Shown piece by piece: positions 14,206-24,800 of a stretch of 64,000 nucleotides of DNA; position 1 is the first letter of the stretch, and each line of letters starts with the position of its first letter. The stretch comes from Macrostomum lignano (Eukaryota): the NCBI GenBank assembly GCA_002269645.1, contig NIVC01000293.1, forward strand, positions 511,307 through 575,306, in the 5' to 3' direction. The position numbers and the translations under genes were made by a program. The notes beneath the pieces are model-generated. The model saw nothing but the letters and a program-made list of their open reading frames with translations, did not search any database and had not been told where the DNA came from.

Positions 14206-16425
14206 TCAAGAAACAATCACCGGACGTCGAACTGAACCCTCCCTCTCAGCTTGCATGATGAAGCTCCTGCTCTGCTGGGAGGCGCTGGCCGTTGGCAGGG
14301 CGCAGCAGTTGCCGCGGTCGAACAGCTGCTTGTACTTGAGCACCTCGCTGGCTGGCAGCTCTCCGTCCTCCATGGTTTGCTGCAGCATGGCGAACTTCGA
14401 CTTGCCGTCCTTCTCATGCCGCGTCACCTCCTTCGGCTTCGTGGCCATCAGGTAGGCGAGCTCGACGAACTCGAAGAAGGTGAGCAGCGAGACGCCGGCG
14501 TAGAGGCCGAAGATGCCGCCGATCTCCGACAGCGCCTCGGCGAACGAGTAGCTCTCGACCTCTTCGTTGAGCGTTCCCGTCGGGCTGTCGGCGTGGATGG
14601 CCACCTTGAGGAAGCTCTTGCGAATGAGGAACTCGTCCACGGTCCAGTTGAACGACTTGATAGTCTTTGAGCCGATCGCCTGCTCGGGCGTCGTCCCGAC
14701 GATGTCGCGGATCGGGTAGACTCTCGTGTTCTTCAGGATGCTGTTGTAGGACCGGTTGCCGACGCTCTCGTGCAGGAAGGCGGGAATCACGTACTGGTCG
14801 ACGAGGAACATGATGTCGCGCTGGCTGGGCCACGCTGAGCTGCCCATCTTCACGTCGTATTCGTCGCCAGTGCACGGCTGGAAGCGCTGCGAGTCGCTGA
14901 AGTAGGTGAGGATGTTCTTCTTCAGCTGGTTCTGGTAGACTCTGTCGTGGCAGTGGACTCGCTCGAGAGTGCGTCGGATCTCCACTGGGTCCGTGCCGTT
15001 TCTGCAAAAGTAGCACAGCTTCGAGTTGAAGTGCGAGAACGGGACCACGTGGGTGTAGCAGCTGCAGCTCGACCAGAACAGGTCCTGGACTCGAGTCACT
15101 ACGTAGTCGAGTCGATCGCGCTTGAACTTCTTGAAGTTCGGTGGCGGTCTCTTGGTGGTGTACCTCACATCGACGCCAGGGTAGTAGGAAACGTACTCCA
15201 CCTCCTCATCGGCGGCGTCCTCGGAGGTTTCTCGGCACGGGAAATCCGGCCGGTTCTTGGAAATCTTGCGCTCCATTGAGAAGACGACTTTGGAGTAGTC
15301 TCCGTTGCCAACGATCACGCTGTTCATGTCCATGTGGGGGTAAGTTCCTTTCTCGTGGAGAATGACCCGAATTCCATCGGGCTCCATTTTATCGCCTGCC
15401 AGCAGCTGGTTCAGAGACAGATTGTAGTTCACCAGGTAGCGCTCTAAATAGTTTGACTTATCACCGTTTGAACTGTCTTTACCGTTATTTTCCTCATCGT
15501 AGAAGCCCTTTGTCGTTGTCAATGCGTTACTAGCGTGAATATTTCTGAGGTGTGAATTGGTGTACATGATGAGGTTCAAGCCCTCGTCTTCGTTGCCGCT
15601 GTACACGCGCCTGTCTTCCTCCTCCTCTCCGTCGAATTTTGGCGTGAATGTGTAGCAGTTCCAGTAGTCGATGTTTTGAACCATTTTGAACTGCTTGTTA
15701 GAGCAGGGACGACTTTTATACCTGCAGTAGACTAGAAATAGGTCGTCGTCGTGAGCCAGGTCTCTTGTGTCCTCGGATGCCCAGAAAATTTGAAAGAACT
15801 TCCTGGCCATTTTAAATCTATCCTTGGTGCTGTTGTCCATTCCGGCTGAGGCTTTGATGAAGCCGCGAAAGAATCTCCAGTATTTTCTAATGTGACCCCT
15901 GATCTCACCGGCTCCGTGGTTCTGCACCGACTCCGAGATCGGGTACATGTTGCAGAGGGTCACGTCTGGAAAATTCACGTGGACTCCACCGTTTAGAATG
16001 ACGGAATTAACTGGAGTTTCGTTGTAGTTGGCCACAATGAAGTAGATGTGAATGCCGCAGGCAAAGCATCCAACGATAGTGATGAGGAGCCAAAATAACT
16101 TTCGTCTGACATCTGTGGACTGGTACATGTGGCCCAGGCCGTGTACCGTGGTTCGATGCCCGTAGTCGTTGAACTCGCTGATCAACAACTTGACTGTTTC
16201 AGAGGATTTTTTCTTCTTTCGCTGGTCCATACGCGCCTGCTGAGGTCGATAGGCAGCAGGTTGTGCAGCTGGTTGTTGCTGCTGTATGATGCCTTCTTGT
16301 GGTTGCTGAGCCGTCGATTGGGGCGAAATCTGCGACGCCTGCTGCGAGGCTTGCTGCGATCTGTGATCGCTTGCTTCTTCAGCATTGCTGCTGTTTCCAT
16401 CAGGCATGATCGGCTGCAGTATCAT
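14206..16425 (-). CDS. DEG/ENaC family ion channel subunit, intact, intronless, 739 aa
   Basis: Single ORF with the His-Gly motif (TTVHGLGH), TM1, FPDVTLCNMYP, Cys-rich extracellular domain, and TM2 with a GxS selectivity filter (GVS). N-terminus is Q-rich. Confidence 0.92.
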   Translation of the reverse strand: MILQPIMPDGNSSNAEEASDHRSQQASQQASQISPQSTAQQPQEGIIQQQQPAAQPAAYRPQQARMDQRKKKKSSETVKLLISEFNDYGHRTTVHGLGHMYQSTDVRRKLFWLLITIVGCFACGIHIYFIVANYNETPVNSVILNGGVHVNFPDVTLCNMYPISESVQNHGAGEIRGHIRKYWRFFRGFIKASAGMDNSTKDRFKMARKFFQIFWASEDTRDLAHDDDLFLVYCRYKSRPCSNKQFKMVQNIDYWNCYTFTPKFDGEEEEDRRVYSGNEDEGLNLIMYTNSHLRNIHASNALTTTKGFYDEENNGKDSSNGDKSNYLERYLVNYNLSLNQLLAGDKMEPDGIRVILHEKGTYPHMDMNSVIVGNGDYSKVVFSMERKISKNRPDFPCRETSEDAADEEVEYVSYYPGVDVRYTTKRPPPNFKKFKRDRLDYVVTRVQDLFWSSCSCYTHVVPFSHFNSKLCYFCRNGTDPVEIRRTLERVHCHDRVYQNQLKKNILTYFSDSQRFQPCTGDEYDVKMGSSAWPSQRDIMFLVDQYVIPAFLHESVGNRSYNSILKNTRVYPIRDIVGTTPEQAIGSKTIKSFNWTVDEFLIRKSFLKVAIHADSPTGTLNEEVESYSFAEALSEIGGIFGLYAGVSLLTFFEFVELAYLMATKPKEVTRHEKDGKSKFAMLQQTMEDGELPASEVLKYKQLFDRGNCCALPTASASQQSRSFIMQAEREGSVRRPVIVS

Positions 16426-18860
16426 GTCCGCAGTCTTTTCTTACAATCCGATTGACAGACTGCAAAACTGAGAAACGGTTTTGGTTTATTTATCTCGCGC
16501 AACGCGATGGATGCAGTCGAGGGTGATGCAAGAACTGTGCGAACAGTTATTTCGCCAGGGTTCCCGGTTGAAAACAACGTCGATAGAGTCGGAGGGAAAG
16601 AGGGGCTGAAGGCCAGTATGTTGGTACGATGCCTCGTGTTCATTGGTAGCCGGCAGAATCGTTCGGGGCTGAGGATGTTCAGGATTGAAAGGTTTTAGAA
16701 GTTTTTTACCTTCGGCGCGTACATCGGCGTGACGCATCTGTGCACGCAGCTTACTACTAGTTACGGTTCCGAACGCTGCATACATGTAGTAGCTTTTATC
16801 GGAAGATCGGTGTACGAAAAATACATTCGCTAGTACGCTAGTGCAGTCGATGCTGCGGAAAAGTCAATGCCGCATCTACCTTGAAGTAGTCAAGTTTACA
16901 GGTTTGTCCTAGTCAATTCACAGGTACGTATTATCAAAGCTATTAAATAAGCCAGCCGATCTCTATACCGATACGTGTTAAGCTGTATAAACACGGATTA
17001 CGCAAAACTTGACGTTATTTGATGGCGTACGTGCATAATATATCACCTCTAAATGAGGTTACCTTTGCGTGTTTTTGGCTGGAGTGATTTGATGGCGAGG
17101 TGAACGAGTACTAAAAGATATATTTAAAAAACGACCTTTCACTGTACATGTTTCTCATACACTTTGGGCTGCAATCGGAGAAAGGGATGTACAAGGTTAT
17201 AACCACGATTCTGAATTTTTTAGGAACCCAAACTTGGATCCTTATAAACACCAGACATCAGAAGCGCAATAGCCAGGATTTGTATGAGGCGCCATCGAGA
17301 ACGCCCGCACCAGAGGCTCCATTGTGAGTGCCAGCACCAAAAGGTGCCGCAGCTGATGTGAAGGGGTACTTTACTCAAAGTCCACTATTTTAGTAGGACC
17401 ATAGGACCATGGAGACAGGCGTACTTATGGCTTGCTCAAAAAGCTCGCAAGCTGACCTAGTTATTCTAGTATCTGTGGCTAATACCCAGACGGTTGCCAA
17501 ACTTTTCTTCTGCAGAGAAGGAGTTACGCTCGAATAAGTGGGACTTTGCAACTTTGCAATCAATCCTAAGAGTGACCATAAAATCGTTTGAGAAGCTGTC
17601 TTTTGCGTAAAGTTATAAGAGATCGTAAACTAAGTTGCGTTGAGCAAGCCATAAGTGCGGCTTCCCTAATCCCTATCCGACGCCCAAGGTCCGACGTAAG
17701 TAGTTTTCGTAAAAGACCTCCTGGCTACGCGCCTCTACAGAACACCCCGACCAGAAACAATTACACTGTAAATACAGTACGTGGATGCAACATTAATATG
17801 CGTGTCGCTACTTAACATATACACGTATATGTAGCTACAATCGCGCCGTCCTTGACATGCCTACATCAACCTCGTCATGCATACTAAAAAGAAAACTTTT
17901 ACTTCTTGCTAGAATAACACAGTTAGACGTGTACATGCGCACGCATCTGCAGTAGAAATGGGAATCTGCAGCATCATTGTGAGAAAAAACAGGAAAAGGC
18001 CTCCCCTGTCCGGGCTCGATGGAACGAAAATGTCAGTCTAATTACCGAATGAACTGGGGCGCTTCCAACAGGCTATCTGTAAGCCCACGCGTACATGTAT
18101 ATAAGCCCGGGGATTCTAAAACATACATGCACATATAGAAGCTACACGTCAAGAGGAAAATGCAGAGGGCTCTTCCAACTGTTAGTGCGGCTATATTGCC
18201 CATGATATTCTAGGTGCCGCGTGGCTTGCAGACCAGCTTCACCAACAACATCGGTGCTTGGATCTGTTCGGGGAGGAAAACTGAGATAAAAAAGGAAAAA
18301 TCTCTTTCCGATAAATTCGCTTCCTACTACCCGACAACCAGTCATTCAGCATGAGCCTAGATCTAGAGGATCAGGGACCAGTGAGGATTGCCATGCCATG
18401 CCTAAAGCTATTTTCTGGTGTGGAAAATTAACTTTGCACTTTAATATTGTGCAACTGCCGGCAATATTAATTGTCACGGTATAAATATATTATAGGACCC
18501 GTATTTCAGCAAGTCAAGGATGTTTATATAAAAAAGGAGACAGCAGACACAAGCAGGCCATTGTAAACTTTGCTTGTAGCAAACTGTTTTCCTCCAGAAA
18601 GCAGACGACGTTCTGCAGCAGACAGACTTTTCCTAGCTAACGTGTGCTCCGTGTGTATTTTTACTGCATAGAATATACATGCACAGTTCACTGTGTGCAC
18701 CACACTGCAGCACAACGGCCAGGTAATAAAAATTGCATCTGATGCATAAGGTTAGCGATGCATCAGACATCAAATATTTCAGCATCTAACAGGAAAAAAA
18801 TTCCCAAGAAAAATATAATCAACCAATTCATATCAGTTTATAAGTACACATTAACGAGTT

Positions 18861-21800
18861 TTAGTCCAAGAACACTAAAAGAAGTTTTGCCGCACTTAAA
18901 GCATCAAATGTTAGCGGCAAATTTAAGAGTTCTTGAATTCCTTCGCAGCGATCTTTAGGAAGACAGGCAGCCACTTGGTTAGTTGAATCACTGATCAGCT
19001 CGTTGAGAAGATCGCTAGCGACAACCAGATCGTGAGCGACTAGCCAATTTTGGACAACTTTGGTAGCTTTAGCTTTACCAATCCATTGATTTAAGCGACG
19101 TCGAAAAATGAACGATAGAAGGTCAAACCACTTTGGAATGTTCAGACCGCTGTGCGCCAGCAGCAGTGACTGTAATAAAAGTTAATTGGATCAGTGGTAA
19201 TAATGATCATATTCGCAGAAGAGCTGTAGGCACCCTTGGCCTAACGCCTTCGGCGACATCATCCTACAACCAGCGTCAACGTTATTTCTGAACATTCCGT
19301 TCACTTCTTGAGCACACACAAGCGCGCCAATACTGTACACATTAACCAGTCAGGCTCATTGGGAAATAGCTGAGATGTCAAGACTTATGAAGAGATTGCT
19401 GAACTGCTGTGGCTCATGGTGGGGAGTTGCTGAGATGCCAAGAGTCAATTGGGAGTTGTTGGTAGGTTACAAATTATTTTCCTTAGAATGCTAACCATAG
19501 CGACTGTAAAAGATCAAAAGCCGCATGTATAGTTTATCCCAAAAACGTGCTAGTTTTTCCACTAGAAAGCAACACACCTGAGCGGCCTCATCAAAGCCAG
19601 GCGTATCTCGAACGTCGCTCAGGGATTGTAAAACGTCAGTTAAATCCAACAACAATCGGTCATGACAATGTCGAGCATTGCATGCGTTGAACCAATTGTG
19701 ATTGATGCTGATGCAGGCTTCCAAATTAGCCACTTGATGATGCCAGCCAGATGGGACAAACAGAACGTCTCCTGGCTCTTGTAGCAACCGGATCCCGGAT
19801 AGACTTGAGAGCGTTTCACTGCTGCACTCTCCCAGATCCCAGGGCAAACGGTTTCTACAGAGCAGCTTTTTCTCTTCACCTGGCGGTAGCAGAATCCACA
19901 GCTTCCTGCCTGCAATGTTGGCCGACCAACTGTAGGAACCGAACACGTCGCAGTGAAATGGCGTCCTGAAGTATTTGAGTCGGAATTGTTTCTCCAAGTT
20001 AATCGATAACTCATTTCCCGTAACAGTTAATATGGTACTTCTTAAGGATTTGAGAGCAATTTACTAAAATAAAAAAATTCTTCTTCACAAGATTTGAATC
20101 TCAATGTGGTTTGATAAAAATTTCAGAATCTTCGTTCTTTAAGTGATTCTCAAGAGTGCTCAGTTTTGATTCTCAAGTCCTCAAGAGAGTGCTCAAGAGT
20201 GATTCTCAAGAGTGCTTAATAGAGATTTTTAAAAGTGCTCAATAGCGATTCTCTAGAATGCTCAATAGTGGTTTCAAGAGTGCTCAATAGTGATTTCAAG
20301 AGTGTGATGTAACCACGCTCTGGTCGCGGGATAGGGCATGGGAACTTTTTCGAAAGTGCCTCCTATCCCGTGCACCCTCTGCACAGAGCTGTCGAGACTC
20401 GGCCAGGTCTCCGACCGGGCCTGGAGACTCCCGCTCTGCTGCACCCCTCCTGCTGCCTTGGTCCCGTCTCTCCTGCCGCCACACCTGCCTTTCCGGAGCC
20501 CCCTACCCCTTTCTGTACCTCCCCCTCTACCCTATCTCTTCTGTTCCCGCCCTATTCTTCCTGTACTTTCTCTACCTCCTCCCTTTTTTTTTGTCCCCCT
20601 CTGCACTCTTTTCCTGCGCTGTCCCCTCTTTCCCTGTGTCTACTTACAGTACTTTGTGTGCTCACCGTCTCCCCATCCCCTCTCAAACTCCCAAACGGTG
20701 ACGCAAGTCGTGTGACCCCTTCTCCCCCTCGGTGACTCATCGATGACTCATCCCCCTCTCTTGCGCAACCTTTTCTCACGCCATTGTTCTCCTCCCCAAA
20801 TTTCTCATGTGACACCCACCCCTCCTCCGCTTCTATTGTTCTCGTTTTTGCTTCTTTTGTTCTCTCGACCCCCACCAATTATCACATTTTCTCCGATTTT
20901 CTCTTTCTTTTGTTCTCGTTTTCGCACCTAATTATCACCTTTTCTCCAATGTTTACTTTTCCATTGTTCTCAGTTTTCCCCAATTATCCCCGATTTCCAA
21001 TTCCTTTGTTCTCGACCCCAGCCCTATTGTTCTCAATGTTTGCTTGCGCAACACTTTCGCGACCACCCGCTGCGCCAATTATCCCCCACCCCACCTCCGG
21101 ATTGCGCAATTTCCCGATTTCTCATGTTGCTATGCCGGTCTCATGCTTCTCATCATGACTCATTCTGACGTCATTCTGCCGGCAGCCAATCAGAGAGAGG
21201 GAGCCATGGTAACGACCTTGAGGAGGCGGCTGTGAGGTCTATAAAAGGAAGCGATTTCGGCATGAGAATACTCAACTGAGTTTATCTCTGTTCCTCTCCT
21301 CGTCCTTCTTTGGACTTGCTGTCAGATTGAGTTCTGACCCATTCGTCTATAAGACGAATCCCTGCCGGTCCGCGGTCTGTTACCGCCAAGTTATCCTTAG
21401 CTCCCCAAGTGAGCTCGCCTATCGGCCAGCGGTCTGATACCGCCCAGCATCATCAGCATCGCCTGATCTACATCAGCGCCTCGTCGCTCCAGCGCATCGC
21501 CGCTTCACCGTCTGCCTGACTGCAGCCTACAGCCGCCCTCGGTCACTCCGTCTCTCTCTCTCTCTGTGCAGCTGCCGGTAAGTTCCTGCCACTAATTTGT
21601 GCTCTAATTGCCTTTGCTTATCCGGGGTTTGCCTATTTTCCATTGTCTGATTAGAGAACTGAGCCAATTGTGATACCGTATCTTTTGCTGTATTTTACTC
21701 AATAGTGAAGCCGCCTAATTGCCTGCTTATTTGCCCAAGGGCCTAATTATTAACTATTAACTAACTTCATCATTATTCAATCTTTCACCATCATTTCACT

Positions 21801-24800
21801 CATGGCTTGCTAAGCCTTTCTCCCGGGGTGGCAAAGCATAAGGAAGTTTGGGTAAGCTAATGGCCTCTCCCCGTGCAAAGCCCGCCTGTGAGTGCGTGCT
21901 GCGGGGCCGCGTGTGCGTGCAGTAGAGGGATTAGCGAGTCTTGGCACAGAATGGCAGTAGGAAGGTTGCAACCCCATGCTAACGCGTCCCTTCGCCCTGA
22001 GCAATCTAAACTGTAGACAGTACATGTTCGCCTCATACTACTCTTAGTAATCAAAGTCGCAAGCCAGCCTCGCTCACAGCCACAAAGGATCCCCTGCTGA
22101 GAAATCCTCCAGGATTGAGCCCAGAGTTCCCGATCATGCCCCAAGCAGAGTCCCTGTACTCGGCTGCATGCGTCTCCCCTGTTAGCCTAAATCCCCTGGT
22201 AACCAATCCAGGCGGGGCTCTAGCCTCGAGAGGTCTGGTAGAAAGATCCAGGTGCGCCAGGTCACATAGAGTGGTGGCAGCCACTCGGTCATACCATGAC
22301 CGAGTGACCAACTATTGCACCTTGGCTACAGGTGGGGTCCATGTGGGTCCTTGGCCCTCTGGTCACGAAGCGCTACCAAAGCTACTAATCATGTGGGCGG
22401 GACAGTCTGGTGCTGGAGGTCCGTCAGGTCATTGCCCGGTCATAGGCAGCCTACGGTCATTGCCCCCTCTAGCCATGCGTTCGTCTCTCTACGGAGCGGA
22501 CAGGCGACAAGGGCGGTTACATCAAGTGCTCAATAGCGATTCTCTAGAATGCTCAATAGTGGTTTCAAGAGTGCTCAATAGTGATTTCAAGAGTGCTCAA
22601 TAGAGATTCTCAAGAGTGCTCAATAGAGATTCTCAAGAGTGTTCAATAGTGATTCTCTGGAGTGATTAACAGTGATTATGAAGAGAGATTAATCACGTTT
22701 CAATATGCTTTTTTGATGCTTCAAAATTACAGTAGGAACGGATCGACAAATGCATTATTTGGTTTTCGAAGAATTAGAAAAAGAACGATTTTTTATGATT
22801 TTAAAACAACCAACAAGTCAAACTCGGTCTCACCAAGAGTGCTGAGGTCCCAGGTACACAAACCGATAGTCGCTATCAGTCTGGTCTAGACAATATTCAT
22901 TCAGCCAATCAGATGTGAAACAGTCTGGCACTGTGTATGCGTGATAATCTGGATATAGCAATTGAAAATGCCAATCCTTCAAATACAGAATTTGATTATG
23001 CTTTGCAGTTGCTTCTCCGAACTGCGAACTACTAATAGCTGACCAATATTCGCCAAAATAATCACTGGCCGACATGCGAATCACTGGGTGACTGTCGCAT
23101 TCTTCTCGATTGCACTGCGACACGGGCAGATCTCGGCTGTCTGAAGTTCCAATTGAAACAGTTAAGATTTTTTTAAGATTTCGAAAGATCTCAAAGATCT
23201 CTAGATGCGCGGCGCATTGAAGGCTGCGTACGGCTGTTCAGTCCAAGGACTGCTGGGGGGTCGCCACACAGCCTCAATTACCCCAGCTAATGCTGGCACC
23301 CATTTTACAGCTGGGTGAACTGAAGCAATGCAGAGTTAAGTGTCCTACTTAAGGACACAAATTTTTTCGAGTGGATCGCGAAACAGTGAGTCCGATGCTA
23401 ATAGGACAAGAATCACTCGCACACAGGGGCGTCGCCATGGATTTTATGGTGGGGGGGACAAAGCCAATAATTATACACATAAATGACTAAATTCTTGTAT
23501 ATGTACATTATTTTAAGAATCGGTGTTGTAGGCACTCATTTTAGCGCCGAAGGCACTCATTTTAGCGCCGCAGGCACTCATTTTGGCGCCACAGGCACTC
23601 ATTTTAGCGCCGCAGGCACTCATTTTAGCGCCGCAGGCACTCATTTTAGCGTCGCAGGCACTCATTTTAGCGCCTCAGGCACTCATTTTAGCGCCGCAGG
23701 CACTCATTTTGGCGCCGCAGGCAGTCATTTTGGCGCCGCAGGAACTCATTTTAGCGCCGAAGGCATTCATTTTAGCGCCGCAGGCACTCATTTTGGTGCC
23801 ACAGGCACTCATTTTAGCGCCGCAGGCACTCATTTTAGCGTCGCAGGCACTCATTTTAGCGCCTCAGGCACTCATTTTAGCGTCGCAGGCACTCATTTTA
23901 GCGCCTCAGGCACTCATTTTAGCGCCTCAGGCACTCATTTTAGCGCCGCAGGCACTCATTTTAGCGCCTCAGGCACTCATTTTAGCGTCGCAGGCACTCA
24001 TTTTAGCGCCTCAGGCACTCATTCTAGCGCCTCACGCACTCATTTTAGCGCCTCAGGCACTCATTTTAGCGCCGCAGGCACTCATTTTAGCGCCGCAGGC
24101 ACTCATTTTGGCGCCGCAGGCAGTCATTTTGGCGCCGCAGGAACTCATTTTAGCGCCGAAGGCATTCATTTTAGCGCCGCAGGCACTCATTTTGGTGCCA
24201 CAGGCACTCATTTTAGCGCCGCAGGCACTCATTTTAGCGTCGCAGGCACTCATTTTAGCGCCTCAGGCACTCATTTTAGCGTCGCAGGCACTCATTTTAG
24301 CGCCTCAGGCACTCATTTTAGCGCCTCAGGCACTCATTTTAGCGCCGCAGGCACTCATTTTAGCGCCTCAGGCACTCATTTTAGCGTCGCAGGCACTCAT
24401 TTTAGCGCCTCAGGCACTCATTCTAGCGCCTCACGCACTCATTTTAGCGCCTCAGGCACTCATTTTAGCGCCGCAGGCACTCATTTTGGCGCCGCAGGCA
24501 CTCATTTTAGCGCCGCAGGCACTCATTTTAGCGCCGCAGGCACTCATTTTAGCGCCGCAGGCACTCATTTTAGCGCCTCAGGCACTCATTTTAGCGCCTC
24601 AGGCACTCATTTTAGCGCCGCAGGCACTCATTTTAGCGCCGCAGGCAGTCATTTTGGCGTTGCAGGCAGTCATTTTAGCGCCGCAGGCACTCATTTTAGC
24701 GCCTCAGGCACTCATTTTAGCGCCGCAGGCACTCATTTTAGCGCCGCAGGGACTCATTTTGGCGCCGCAGGCAGTCATTTTGGCGCCGCAGGAACTCATT

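Larger units (their letters stand above)
20140..22680. repeat. ~22-bp minisatellite (GTGCTCAATAGTGATTTCAAGA)n split by the LTR-like insertion
   Basis: Units at 20140-20304 and 22525-22680. Confidence 0.85.

Noticed and set aside
13200-14209. Short minus-strand ORFs as extra ENaC-2 exons
   Set aside because: No recognisable homology, and the tested splice combination gives an immediate stop.
9424-15365. Overlapping 100-200 aa ORFs on both strands of the ENaC genes
   Set aside because: Shadow ORFs caused by high GC3; used only as evidence of nucleotide identity between the copies.
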